Origin: Podarcis tiliguerta
Taxonomy: Eukaryota
Length of the DNA stretch: 64,000 nucleotides
Direction: 5' to 3' (one strand)
Assembly: GCA_965153285.1 (NCBI GenBank)
Contig: OZ229110.1
Shown here: positions 24,003 through 37,535 of the stretch, in pieces
Position numbering within the stretch: position 1 is the first letter of the stretch
Layout of the letters: every line of letters starts with the position of its first letter
Translations under genes and position numbers: made by a program
The notes under the pieces: generated by a model
What the model was told of the DNA's origin: nothing
Database searches by the model: none
What the model saw: only the letters and a program-made list of their open reading frames with translations

Positions 24003-27000
24003 TTCTAAGTGAAAAGGGCTTTAGACTAAATTTAGAAAGCTCCCCCAACCCCCAAATTAGGAAGATCTTGAAAATACATCATTTTAAAAACAGCTTCTCA
24101 TTGCAAAAAAATAAAAATTAATTCCACCTTGAGAATGCAAAGGTATGTAGGCATCATTCACCCAAAGGGTAAGTCAAGTTTATGCTAATGAACAATTTTT
24201 TTATGTTAGGCTACCTAAAATAGAGGCACCTGCTTAATGCATGAGTGACTCACATCCTCCATATTTTGCTTAGTTGGTGCTACATTTTAAAGAGACAGTT
24301 ATATTCATATTAGGTCATTAAATGAACTAATTACCATCACATTTTCTGGCTGCTGTACTTTTATTTTGAAACCCTTTGAGTGGCAGTCTGGTTTTATCTC
24401 TTTAAAGCAGAAATAAGTATTTGGGCATTTATATATCCTCAGGTTCCATAACAGACGTGACAAAGTTTATTTGTTTGTATAGCTAGATACCATTTATATA
24501 TATAAATCCATATCTCTTGGCAACTAGATTCATGAGATATATCCCCAGGATATAAATAAAAGCCTTAGCTTTCTTGTGTCTAGCTGCAGCTAATTCACTT
24601 CTAGTACAAAAATATCCTGGGAATTAATAATTCATATCATAGGTACTCTGAAATTATATCATTGTAAAGCAGAGTCTCTCCACTGGCTGTCCCTACCATT
24701 ATTGCTGCATGTATCATGGTCCAAGAGATAATGAAAAGACTACATAATGGTTAGAATCTTCATAACATTAGCTTTTGAGCCAGTGCTCAAATTAGTAGCA
24801 CTTGCCAATATGCTATTTCTCACTCTGTTTTGCCCTAGGTCTCTTTGGCCATGGCATTCGCTCTTTTTTCATTTACGAAAAAACTATAAACCTTTCTGTG
24901 GAGAGATCATAACATTAGGGTGCAGGTTTTGACTCCATATCCAGTCAGATCTTATATAAGAAAATCTTAATTTGGCCAAATACAGTAAGAGTTTTTATTT
25001 CCAAACAACAACTTTTTCATACTTCCAGCATAATGAGAAGCAAGTCTCCAAAATAAGAATCATTTAAACAGCCCTCTCTTTTCAAAATCTCTAACTGCAC
25101 CCATATAGGAAATCACATTTAAAATTTCAGGAAGTTTTCCAATCAATTTGTAAAAGTGGCATGGAAAAGATAGGGCTGCTTCTTAGAGAAAGAAAAGGCC
25201 AGTCAAAAGGTCTGTAGTGTACATTCAGGAGCAGACCACAGCGGTTTCTAAGGGAGCGCCTTGGATTGTGGATCCAATAATTTTAGGGGTTTCCCTGGTC
25301 ATGTACAAGAAATTGGATGCAACATTTCCAGTGCACTCACTGGAAAGCTAGCTAAACCATGGTTTGGATGTTAAGTGGAGTTGCCTTGTAATAGAGAAGG
25401 CCACATGCATTTCTTTCAGGAGGGATTTAGAAGATAAACCATGCTGAAGTCCATAGCCTGATTTGCTTTATTTAGGAAGAAGTAAGAAGAATTTCCTCCC
25501 CAAATGAGAATTGTCTGCTTTTATGTTCGTATTTGTTGTTTTGGTTTTTTGCCTTCCTAGCTAATAAATGGATTTGACAACTTGCTTAATAGACATCTGG
25601 ATTGTTTGTTTAGCCTATTTTTTGAATCATTAAAGAAATTTCAGCATGAGGAAACTTGTTGACTCTTGTTTGCTGCGAGGTAATTTATTTCTTCTTCTTG
25701 TGCACTGTTTTGTCACTGAGGCTAAAGCTACAGAAGCAGGAGCTTTACAGTATTCATATGTGTAAGATTCAGTTTTGGGCAAGAAGGTTGGTCTAGATTT
25801 ATAGGGGACCTAATACTGGGCTAGGAACTGTTTTAATATATGATCTTCTATGTGAAATGCGTACATTATCTCCAGATATAATGAGTCTTCCACTGCAGAA
25901 GATGAGACACAAGAGGATGAGCAAACCAGTAGTCCCAAATTATGTTTTCTGAGAGTTGATGAAATTGACCTGAGGCTTGCAGAGTAAGTACACAGCATTT
26001 CAAAATTGAGCTTAGCCAGAGGGATTACACACAGAAATGAGGAAATGGAAGCAGGTCTCCCTGTCTCTTAATGATAGCTTTCAGAGGAGACTACAAGCAG
26101 GGAGTGTACATCAGAAGAATGTGTCAGAGAATAACAAATATTGGCAAATGATCAAATATATTATGTTAGAGTGATCACAGGAAGATGAAGAGTCCAACTA
26201 GTGCAGCATTCTGTTTCAAAGAATGCACAGCTAGATCCAAAAATACAGTATGAAGGCTATAGCCCTCCCAATTCTCCCCACCCCCCACCAGCAGCTGGTG
26301 TTTATATAGGTATATTGTCTTTGACCATGGAAGTTCCATTTAGTCATAATGACTAATAGAGAATCATTACATTGTTCTTTGAATGAAATATATTGATATA
26401 TTACTAGGTTTGAATAATGGAAGGAAAAGCCTCTAATATTATTGCAGCAGAACGGTTTAAGAAAGACAGGGTTGATATCATCCTTTTCTCCTCTTTGCTC
26501 CCTGCCCCCACCTACTCTTTCAGGTTGTATGTGATTGTTCCGTATATTGTTAACAATATTATCGTGCATTACACCCACATCCACACCCACCCCACACCAA
26601 GCTCTTAAAATACACTGCTTTATGCAAGTTAACATGAATAGATGTAAGGGTTTGCCTTTAAACTCTGCGGAGCAATCCACACCTACAGCCAGCTGCAACA
26701 TTTTGCACTCTGTTCCCAGAATCTGAAAAGGTACCCCTGTCGTTCATCAACTCTCCTCACATCCCACCCACACCCTCACTTTAAATATATACCTTAGGCA
26801 AGCTTAGGTGGTAAACTGACCCCTTTAAGCTCACCTAATATGTAGGGGGGAAAGAATAGCTTGAAGAGCTGAGAGCGAGAGTCCTGCTAATTTAGAAAAA
26901 AATATATTGTGACTAATATAACAAAGACTTTGCTGCTTGTTTTGAATTGAAGGTTTCTTTTGATGCTTCTAATCTCACTGAAGTCTTTATCACATGGTTT

Positions 27001-27394
27001 GAAACTGTACCTCTGAGCTCAGATTTTCAAGAAAAGTTGCAAAGGCATTTGGTAGATAAGTAGTACTCTGTGCTATGAATTTTATTTATATCAGTCTACA
27101 AAGGGTTTCTCCTTTGTAAAGTTCAGGGAGAAATGTTCACAGGCTCCAGAAGAGAAAACAATCTGGACAAAAGAACATAAAAAGATGCATCTTCTTTTCT
27201 CTACTCGTGGGCAAAAAAGAAATATTGTGCCTTTGCAAAAATGTAACAGAAGATGTTGTCTCTTATTCTATGGTACCTTTATCTAAGCCACTGCACCAAT
27301 TATCTACTTAACATGGACCCAGGTGTGCTTTCCCTATGTGATGAAGGTTTTTGAGCTGGAAGTTGTAGAACAGCAATTTAACACATGCTTAGAT

Positions 27395-27531
27395 CAGGCA
27401 TAGGCAAACTCGGCCCTCCATATGTTTTTTGGACTACAACTTCCATCATCCCTAGCTAACAGGACCAGTGGTCAGGGATGATGGGAGTTGTAGTCCCAAA
27501 ACATCTGGAGGGCTGAGTTTGCCAGTGCCTG
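27395..27531. mobile_element. Palindromic hAT (Charlie-like) MITE, 137 bp
   Basis: TIR CAGGCATAGGCAAACTC; the whole element is a near-perfect fold-back; TSD gcttagat / gcatagat. Confidence 0.9.
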
Positions 27532-30347
27532 GCATAGATACTACTACTGACCAGGTCTTTATGTGGTAGCGGTAATGAAGCTAAGAGTTTTAATTAAGGA
27601 TAGTTTTAGAATCCGCTCCTAAGTCAGATCCTGCCTAAATATTACAGGTCTAAATTCCAGCATAATTTCTAGAACTGGATGTGCATGCATTGGACATGGA
27701 GGGTTCATGGAACCTGTGTGCCAGCTCACCCCTGGCCAAGCATGGCTGCGCTGCACATCTTCCAACACATTTTAGACCCCATTGGTCCCTGAATTTCCCT
27801 GAAGAACCAGAATGGTCTGAAACACATTGGATCAACAAGACTTTTTCTTCTCAGCCACTTTTTTGTTTGTTTGTTTCCAGTTATGTTTAGAGGTGTTCCC
27901 ATTTTTGTTGGACCTACTATAGGCTTTGATACCCTGAATATGGTTTGGTAATTTGTGCGAAATGTAGCAGGCTTCACTGGACACCTCTAAAGTGCTTATT
28001 AAGACCAATGGGTCTTAGGATAAAATTGCTGACAGTAAAGTAGAGAAGAAATAGAGTTCTATCATAAATAGGGCTGACTGATTAGGACTTTGCTTTTAAA
28101 CTTAAAACAAAAAAGTCAAAGGAATCCTGAGACTTGGAAAATAAGAGAACTCTTCTTCCAAAAGGAAAAGGGCAGAGGTAGAAAATGTCACCATCTCTAT
28201 TTCCTTGGTTAAATCTAGGCAAAATCCTGCCCCTTTCCTTATTGTTTACTGATGTGATGCACGTTGCCAGATCTCTCACAGCCTGCTGCATATCACCTCA
28301 TCTGTTCTGTATATGCAGAAGGGTACCAGAGATAAAACTGTCAGAATAAAATAAATTCCTCATTTTCTATAAGCTGTTCTGATTGTTGTCTCTTTCGATA
28401 GCAGAAGCGCTGTAAAGTTTATTTGTGATGGACAAAGATACTGAGATAAATTCTTTTGGGAAAAGAACACTTTTTTTTTTTTTTTGCATGTGTCACAAGT
28501 AATATAGTTGGTGGCTTGGATCTCATGTGCAAACAGGATCTAGAGTTGCCTTGGACACATTCCTCTGTCAGTGAGGAGCCTCCCCAACTGAGAACAACTC
28601 TGATGCTGAGCTGGTCCTAATTCCATCTCTGTCTCAATGGAAACACCAGTGCTGGGACTAACAAACATCATGGACCCAATTTACTCAAAGGAGTGCCTGT
28701 TTGTTTGCCCAGTGTTGAGACTGTAGCTGCTTGCCACGCATATAGCTGTGGTGGCTCTGCTCTTCAAAGCAAGCAGCAGGTGGCATGCTCAGGTTGGATG
28801 AAGGTTTTAGTTCATGCTTAGATCTGCATTTCAGCTCTCATGTACCTGCTGATTTCTGAAGCCTGTAACTTGCCTTATGCACCAATCTTATCTAAAAATT
28901 GAAGCCTTTGGCAGAACTAGAGTTCTTCATCCAATGGGAAGAGCCAGGATTTATTTATAGAAGGATTTCTGCACTGCCACATCATGAGATACTAAGGTGG
29001 TATACGCTGTTAAAACATAAAACACAATCTTTTTAAAAAATTAGGAATACAGATAATTAAGGTGACTGGCCAAGAAAAATTTTAAAAGCTGCAAAGGCCT
29101 CTTGGAACAAACAAACAAAGTATTCAAGCGATACCTGAAAGTCAAAAGCAAGCATGTCTGGTGAATCTCTGCTGGAAGAGTGTTCCACTACATGGGTCTG
29201 GCAATGCTATGTAAATGCTCAAATTCTGGTTAAGGTCAGTTGGGCCTCTGTAACACAGGCAACAACTAAACAGCACTCCTCTGGATGAAATGGAATGATG
29301 TGTGGGCAGTCCAACATAAATCCACCACTAATGCAATATTATTACAGCAACAGTGACATGTCCCAGAATATACTCACACACACAACACACCAGTTTAGCC
29401 ATAAAAGACTCGGGGATATCATTTCCTGGTGAGAATCATGGGGGTTGTAGTTTTGTCTTCCTCCTGAACTGAATTGGGAAGCAGACACTCCCCCAGCAAC
29501 TAAAAATCCCATAATATTTGACAGGAAATGTTTCTTAATATACTCAGACTATCATTTCTAGCAAAAGTTTCTCCTGGGTTTAGAAAGCTGTGCCCACCAT
29601 CAATTTTGTCTCTTCCATTTGCAAATATAGGTACTGCTTTTTGATTTCCTTGAGAAGGTGGAGGGGTAGGGGAGGCAATTTAGCAATAGGAATTTCTAGT
29701 TTATTGAAAGCCCTATACCCTTAAAAAGTTTGAAACCTAATCATCTATAGGCTACTGGGTTTCTAGAAAGATGACAACATTGACTTCCTTTTCACATGCA
29801 TTACTGGTTTGTCCTGTTTGGTCTATTAGTAGTACTGAAAATAATATTTACCAGACTTCTCAAGGTTATGTTCTCATATGAGACAATAGGAATGTCTGTT
29901 CCTACTATCTGCCATGTTTAGACTTAATTTGGTTTTGCCACCACTTGTTGTGGATATGGAGGAAGGTATGGTTGGTAGAAGCACCCCAGAGAAGTAAATG
30001 TTTACTTATTCATATGCATAGCTGGAAGCCTAAGCATTTGTGCTTTTATTTTGATTTGTGGACTAAATGCTTAAACTCTGGGACAGCCTGGATATATCTT
30101 TGTCTTATCTATCCCACACCAGCCCTTTCTTTTCTCAGTTTTGTTGTTAACCCTTGGCAATTTCTTGCTTCCTTTCTGCTTATACGTATGTTCACAACAC
30201 AAGCCAGTATTGCATGAATCCTCAGGTCTAGAGGGTTTAGGGCCTCAGAAAGTGGCAGTTTTGCCAGGGTGACCAACCTCAAACCTTTACTCCAGAGCAT
30301 GACTCTCCTAAGTGTGTGGGCCAGCCTAGGTGGTCATTGTAACAGTA

Positions 30348-30555
30348 CACTGGTACCTCGGGTTACAGACACTTCAGGTTACAGACTCCGCTAACCCAGA
30401 ATAATACCTTGGGTTAAGAACTTTGCTTCAGGATGAGAACAGAAATTGCACGGCAGCGGGAGACCCCATTAGCTAAAGTGGTACCTCAGGTTAAGAACAG
30501 TTTCAGGTTAAGAACGGACCTCCCAAACTAATTAAGTTCTTAACCCAAGATACCA
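30348..30555 (+). mobile_element. Tigger-like MITE, subfamily A
   Basis: Colinear with 7302-7543; right TIR degraded. Confidence 0.85.
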
Positions 30556-30762
30556 GAGGTTCACCCAAGGATGAACATGCCTGAGGACGCTCCTTCCTGT
30601 CCAGCACCCCAGCAGTACCACTACCATTGTTCTGGAGGGTTGGGGAATCAGTAAAAGTTGCTCTCCTTCTGCTGTCAATCAGCAGGCTGGATCAACATTC
30701 TCATCTGATTAAAATAAGTCTTTCTATCCAGAGAAGTCAAACTCTGGCTGTAGACCTGTGTT

Positions 30763-31048
30763 TAGTGGCATAGGAAGGGGGGGGCGGAGGGGGCGGGCTG
30801 CCCCGGGCACCACTCTGGGAAGGGTGACAAGATGGCCCCTGCCTCCCCCCAGCTGTAGAGTGGCCGAGGGCACCTGCAGTCCGTATGGGTGTTGCTCTCG
30901 CGCGGCGTCTGTACAACCCGCTGCACGCAAGCAGCATCCTGTGCATGTGCAGCATTCTCTACAGAGTGCGCACGCATGGGATGCTGCACATGCGCAGTCC
31001 GTACGGGCTGGGCCGTCTCAGGTGCCGGAGAGGGTTCCTCCGCCACTG
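30763..31048. mobile_element. GC-rich hAT MITE
   Basis: TIRs TAGTGGCATAGGAA / TTCCTCCGCCACTG; perfect TSD cctgtgtt (30755-30762, 31049-31056). Confidence 0.88.
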
Positions 31049-31810
31049 CCTGTGTTACTGAGTTATGTTGAACAATCTCTCAAGTAACTAACCTTGTTAA
31101 ATTCACTGCTGTAAAATATTTACCAATGCTAATGTGCAACATGCTTTAAATATTCCTAAATTATGTTTGATCACATAAAGCAATTCACTAAAATTTGGTG
31201 CCAGAATGTGCCATTACATAAACCTAAGAGATGATTCACACAAACAGCTTTAAATAGTGCTTAATTTTTCTAAATATCTGGGAGGTAGTGATTGGTATTG
31301 TAAATTAGTCAACACACATTTTAACATAGGGCAAAAATACATGAGCCAGGCTTCAAAATTCAATTCAACCTTACCTGTGTTTTAGACTATGGTTGAAGGT
31401 AAAATATGTCTATGTCTTTCTGCAGTCCTGGAAGATGGAATTTCTTATTACTTCTAATACAAATGATTCCCAGATGATTCTAGTAAAAGTTATACAAGAA
31501 CATACCCACTCTTGAAAGATGAGAGAAAGACCATCTGAGACATGCAGTATTTTTGAACATATGATTCCACAAGAAATATATCCCTGTAGGAGCAGAACGT
31601 TAGTGATTTGTTTTGGGCTGAATGTGGCATATTCATTCGTCATACATTCTTGAATTGGAGCAATACTGAAAATATAGGAACAAATATGCAGTTGTGTGTT
31701 TTAAATGTGTTCTTTATGGTTTCATGAGTGTAAGTATTATGTGAAAATATGCATCTGGCATCTTTTGTTTTGGAGGAATAAGCACTTTTCTTAACGTACG
31801 AAAGCAAATA

Positions 31811-31814
<4 letters not shown>

Positions 31815-31865
<51 letters not shown>

Positions 31866-31872
31866 GTATATA
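31815..31872. repeat. (TA)n microsatellite
   Basis: Direct reading. Confidence 0.95.
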
Positions 31873-33310
31873 TTCTGTATTTACTAGGCTTTTGCATTTT
31901 ATCTAATGAGATGCATCATGAACCTAACTGACTTCAGACTCACTAAAAAAAATTGCAGCAGAAAGTCAAACATAACCCCTTTATGTATTTGGGGTTCTAG
32001 TTGGTTCTAAACATATGTGAAAGTAGTTCCATAACATGGACCACTTCCTTGTCGATGTGGCTTTTTTTACTATAGCAAAGGGGTTAATTTCTTTGTGATG
32101 CTTCATCCCCTTCTCCCCAAATACTTAATGTATTATTTCTAATTCAGAATTGGAAAAACTGCATTTGGATCAGTTATACTGCAGTCAAATTAAATTTAAA
32201 CACTGCATTCCATGGCATTAGGATTGCAACTGCTCCCAAACATGGTGATAACTCAATCTTAGCAACATGGCTGTTTTTCCAGATTTTGATTTCGGAGAAA
32301 GTGTGACGAGTTTGTGAAATCACACAAAGACATTAAGGCCCCATGATACCCACCTTGCAAAAAGGTGACATGCTAATGCAGTCATATGAATTAGTAGGGA
32401 CTACTGTATTCAGTGGGCTACCTTCCAGATACATTTGGTGAACCATAGCATGACCACTGTGACTCATGTATTAGTGACCTCAAGGTTGGATTACTATAAT
32501 GTGCTCTGTGTGGGTCTTTTATTATGATTAATGTTGGATAAAACCCATTGATATTCTCTTTGGACACAGCTTTGACAGCAAAGCGTTACATCGATAGAAA
32601 TGAAGTTCTGTGATAGGTCAGACATTGTTATTAGAACAACCAAAATTCTTCCTTTCCAAGCAAAGGAGTCTATAGAGCAATAATCTTTCAGTTCACTGAA
32701 GCACTTGGCTCTGACTACTGGATTGGAAGCTAAAGTAGTGGTATAACTGGAAATCTATTTATACCTATAAGATAACTTACCACTTTTATGGCACATTTCT
32801 TTTAGAAAGTGTTGAATGGACATCATTAAGAACCAAGGCAGGACTGCTCAGTCACACACCAAGGGAACTTAAGTTTGAGGCATACAAGGACAGATATACA
32901 AACTAGCACAATTGCAGAGAAACAGTGATGATTCTAGAAAATAAGGAGCACACTGCTAACAATGCAATCCTAGCCATATCTGTTCAGAAGCGGTTCAGTA
33001 GGTCTTATTTAGGGTGGCAACCTTGTTTATTTAAATATGTAGGATGGACTCAAATCTAGGTAGGCATGTGTAGGACAATACTATCACTGGGACACAGTGT
33101 GATGGGCTAGTACCATTTTTTATGACTTTTGGAGGATGAATTTTTTTAATGTGATCAGAAACTGAGGCAGACCCAGTGACATGTATATGTCCATAGATCA
33201 TAAAAGTCCAGAGGTAACAGGGCTGCTGCAACAACATGTGTTGTGTTGGACCATGAAGGAGTGACAAGCTGAAGCATTCCTTTCATTCCTTCTCTTGCAG
33301 GTCTGATTTT

Positions 33311-33372
33311 ATAGAATCATCTAATGGTAGAGTTTGGAGGGGACCCTGAGGGTCATCTAATCCAACCCCCTG
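33311..33372 (-). mobile_element. CR1 3' terminal fragment
   Basis: atagaatcat...agggtcatctaatccaaccccctg, similar to the reverse complement of 50026-50080. Confidence 0.6.
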
Positions 33373-34425
33373 TGCATGGCCAGCACGGTTTGAACGGAGC
33401 CTAAGTGCTCCTAACAAAGGAGGATCTGTAAACTAGAGAAAAGCTGATGTCTGAAACAGTTCAGAGTTTAAGTCCTCCTTAATTCTGTTGAGTCTGATAA
33501 CTGCATTTTTTTAATAAAAAGAAATACATGGTTGGTATTTCTCAATGCTGGAGTCCTCCCATGTTTGTGTCATCAATAGAGAATAGCTATTAGTATACAC
33601 AGTAGCACTTCCTTCACCTTGCCCTTTCAGTGATCCAGGTCATCACTTGAAAAGTTTAGCTTTTGGGAAATAAGTGCAGATGTTTTGTAACTTCAGCTCA
33701 AGGCATTTCTTTGAGGTGACACTCATGGGGACAAGGAAGTGGAACACACACTTAGGGAGATGCTAATTTCCCTCCTCCGAGCAATGCAGTTTCCTTGAAG
33801 ACTAGAAGCTGTTATTCTCGTTTCACACATAAAGACTAGTCTCAGGTCCCAATCTCAGGAGTGAAAGGTCAGTAATTTCTTGTCTTACCAGCTCACCCAC
33901 CACAAGCTGAATGGCTCTCTTTGTCAGTTACAGCCTGATCCTCAACCTTTTTATTCAGAAGAAAGCCTCACTGATTTCATTAAGACTTACATGGGCGTAT
34001 AAATATTATTAGGACTACAGTCTCAAATTTTTGAGATTTAAATCTGAGAGAGACACAGAAAGAGACTTTATATAATCACCTTTAAAAAAATAGGCATGAA
34101 CTTATTTTACTGGTGGTTATTTATTTATTTATTTATTTATCAAGTTAGATATAAGATATTAGTCATACAAAACACTTAAGCATGTTTGATGAACCTATTA
34201 AAATTTTTGCAAAGTTTTTCTTACACTCTAAGACTTAGCAGACTCTTATTAAACTTCAAACCATTCCTAGCATCTGTGCTGGTTTTGTGTGTGCATCTAT
34301 ATAACATTTATATATAAAAAGTCATACTAGAAGTATGCAGCTTTTAACAAGTATGGTAAATGCAGCATTTAATATATGTTTTTCTCACTAGACCTCATGT
34401 CCTTTTTATTCCTTTCATTTTTCAG

Positions 34426-34922
34426 ACTGGCAAAGGATATGATTCTTATGGAAACTTGGCTTCATGATCCTAAGGAAAGCATAGTTTAGATAATCACAAG
34501 TATTTACATATGTATAAGTGAAATACCGACTAAGCTCTCAGATTGTGCTTCGGGGTATACAGTGGTGCCTCCCCACCCCTCTCAGTTCCTCTTTTCTTTT
34601 TTTGACAGCCAGTTAATAAAGACTCAACAATAAGCAGCTGCTTGTGATGTCATTTGGGACTTTGTCCACAGAGCTTGTATTTACAAGCACAGAGCAGCAG
34701 AAAAGCTAACTGGCAGCAAACTTCATGCCTGTAGTTACAGTAGGACTTTCAGCGGTGCTCTTGATGAACTTGAGAGCTAACTCAGTACTGCTCCTCACCA
34801 CAGATTTTTAAGGCTTGGTAAATAAACACAGCATCCACTCGAGCAATTTCTAGACTGCTGAAAACTTTCGTATGGTTTGGATTTCTCTAGTACGGGAGCA
34901 TGTTTTAACTGAACAACAACAA
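34426..34922 (+). other. Candidate internal 5'UTR exon using an acceptor upstream of the proximal promoter
   Basis: Strong acceptor cctttttattcctttcatttttcAG at 34424-34425. 3' end uncertain: weak donor near 34500 or the strong donor at 34923. Confidence 0.35.
34560..34922 (+). promoter_or_regulatory. Candidate NCKAP5 proximal promoter and non-coding first exon (TSS unknown)
   Basis: Repeat-free stretch with CACCC box (34571-34579), E-box CAGCTG (34635-34640), CRE-like TGATGTCA (34645-34652), HNF4/DR1-like tgggactttgtcca (34655-34668) and forkhead GTAAATAAACA (34818-34828). Ends in donor CAA|GTAAGG at 34923. Assignment to NCKAP5 is inference from position. Confidence 0.5.
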
Positions 34923-35622
34923 GTAAGGTTGGCTGTTCTTACTGCTGTTATTTCCCTGTTCTAGAATTCTATCAGATTAGCACAGCTTTCTTTCTTTAAA
35001 TGTTGCTGTATTTATTATGTTTCAGCTTCACTACCAAGGTTTGCTTTTAATTATAATAGGAGCAAGTGTGCTGCTGTTAGGCGGGATTACAGCAAGGCTT
35101 TTCAATATGCTTTATGCATTTGCTCATAAAATGGGAATGTTTGGAGATGAGCGAGAATTCAATTCTAACTTTTTTGTTTGCATTTTTATGATGATATTCA
35201 GCTGCCCCTTTTTCAAGTTCATCCGCTTACAGTTTTAAGTCTAATATCATTGTAGATATTTTGTCATCAGCTAAACGAAGAACTTGAAAATTCCTACCCA
35301 CCCCTTGTGGCTTCTGTGTTAATGCTCAGTTTATGTTAGAATTAGCATTTCAAAATTGTATTGCCGGCTTCGACATAACAGACTAACTGGATCTATCTTG
35401 ATCCATAGTACAGGTTTTGAAAAGTTAGAAATTTGAAAGTTCAGACGCTGCAAAATGTTTAACAGCTTGAAGCTGTTTTAGTAGAAGTCCTTTATGCTAA
35501 GAGTGACAGTTTTGGAATTGGCTGGTTTTTACTGAGAACAAAATGGGATGGAGCACACCCATGGAATCATTAATCACAGTAGTCTCTGGCAGCAGAAGGA
35601 AACATGGGTTTGTAACTCTATT

Positions 35623-35729
35623 TCAGAGAAGAGCAACCTGTGGCCCTCCCATATGTTGTTGGACTCCAACTCTCATGAGCCCCAGCCAGCTCCAACAACA
35701 TCTGGAGGGCCACAGGTTCCCCATCCTTG
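35623..35729. mobile_element. Older hAT-Charlie-like MITE (approximate ends)
   Basis: aacctgtggccctcc ... ggagggccacaggttccccatcc inverted arms. Confidence 0.7.
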
Positions 35730-35893
35730 CTTAGAATTTAAGAATGCTTGGCCTACATTCATCAACGAATATACAAACAAAGGTGCATAAACTATTTATC
35801 GTGTAATAAAAGGGACAGTGTGAATCTGCCATTCCTTGCTCTCCTACAGGGCAAGTCTTACAAGAGAATCCTATGCAGTCTGGCATGCAATTA

Positions 35894-36152
35894 CCGTATT
35901 TTTTTGCTCTATAACTCACTTTTTCCTTCCTAAAAAGTAAGGGGATATGTGTGTGCGTCTTATGGAGCGAATGCAGGCTGCGCAGCTATCCCAGAAGCCA
36001 GAACAGCAAGAGGGATCGCTGCTTTCGCTGCGCAGCGATCCCTCTTGCTGTTCTGGCTTCTGGGATTCAGAATATTTTTTTTTCTTGTTTTCCTCCTCCA
36101 AAAACTACGTGCGTCTTGTGGTCTGGTGCGTCTTATAGAGCGAAAAATATGG
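35894..36152. mobile_element. Tc2/pogo-like MITE with internal perfect hairpin
   Basis: TA TSD; TIRs CCGTATTTTTTTGCTCTATAA / TTATAGAGCGAAAAATATGG; repeated gtgcgtctt motif; 35-bp perfect inverted repeat at 35988-36066. Confidence 0.88.
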
Positions 36153-37486
36153 TAATTCCCAATACATTCAGTAAGGCTTACTCCTCAATAAATCAAATAA
36201 TTATGTTCTTAGGATCCAGTCCTATGCACACTTACGTGGAATGAAGTCTCACTGAACACATTCTAAATAAACATGCACAGGTTTGTACTGTTCATCTGTA
36301 AAGCCACCATTAGAGTCTGGCTGTCATGAAACTTCTATAGTCAATAAACCTACATTGCCTTCTGGTTCCTTCTCATGCTGTTCACTCTCATAGCAACTGT
36401 GATGCAATAGCAGTTGCTGACAGATATAAGAAGAGGTGGTCTGGATTTCCATGCATGCCTCATGGTCTTCAAATACTTTCTCCACAACCCTCCCTTAGAA
36501 ATAAAAAATTAAATAAATATCAAATTATTATGTTTGAGAATGCCTTCAGCTTCTCTGTTCTATTTTCAAAATAGTAACATCCATTTGGAACAATTTGTTC
36601 ACATATTTTCCATTCCCCATCTTTTATCCCTAAAGAATACTGGGTTTGGAGGCTATATTTAAGGAGAGTTAGGTGGTGTACAGGTATGGGTGTGGTGTAC
36701 CCTCAAGCCTCAGTAAAGCTGAAGTTTCCTTAACCTAGGCCCAGCCAACTCATCTGTGATGCTTAGTGAAAGTCATCATTGTTTTCCAGCTGCCCATTAT
36801 GACTCCACCCAGACTTTACTGCCCATTGATGCTGTCAAGGAGAAGTTCCCAGTTTAACCCAGCTGTGGTTTTAATGTAACATCTGGAGGTAGACAGGAAA
36901 AGTTTGCTGCACCAGCTCCAGGCTGACTCAGCAAAGAGGTCTAGACTGGGCTCCTTGCTACAACCTGCTGGTAGGTCAGCTAGCTTAAGATCCAACAAAC
37001 CTTTGGCCAACTTAGCACTGTCTCTTTCCTCAAAACAACCTGTTTCAGGGGCTTACCCTGGATACCATTGGTGGGGATACCACTGGCACTGGTGAGCAGA
37101 GTGGAGACCTCTGTGAGAGTGGAGCCTACCTGCCAACTGAGCCTGGTACAGCCAGGAGGACCTGGGTGCAAGTATGCCAGTCTCACTTCAGCCTCTTCCA
37201 GCACAGTGGATTAAGGGGCTTGGATTGCTCATCCTATGTAGACTAGAAATGCAAAATCATACAATGAAAGCCAATGTTAACATGGTTTCAAGCATGAAGC
37301 AGCATATTTCAGTCCATGCAGCGAAATACTATGCAAAATAAAAAGAGACAATTACCCATAGCTTTGTTTAACAATGGCTCATGCCTTGTTTAATGATGTG
37401 TTTCATGTAGTCTTCAGAAGCCCCAATTATTTTCTGCTAGTGACATAAAATTAATCAATGTGCATTGAGAAGTGAGAAGGCTTGTG

Positions 37487-37490
<4 letters not shown>

Positions 37491-37531
<41 letters not shown>
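37491..37531. repeat. (TA)n microsatellite
   Basis: Direct reading. Confidence 0.95.

Positions 37532-37535
<4 letters not shown>

Noticed and set aside
26231-26701. 156-aa minus-strand ORF
   Set aside because: Non-ATG start, no recognisable homology.
30724-31087. Stacked ORFs and apparent CpG-island promoter
   Set aside because: Explained by a GC-rich hAT MITE with a perfect TSD; the same applies at 51607-52190 and 52964-53233.
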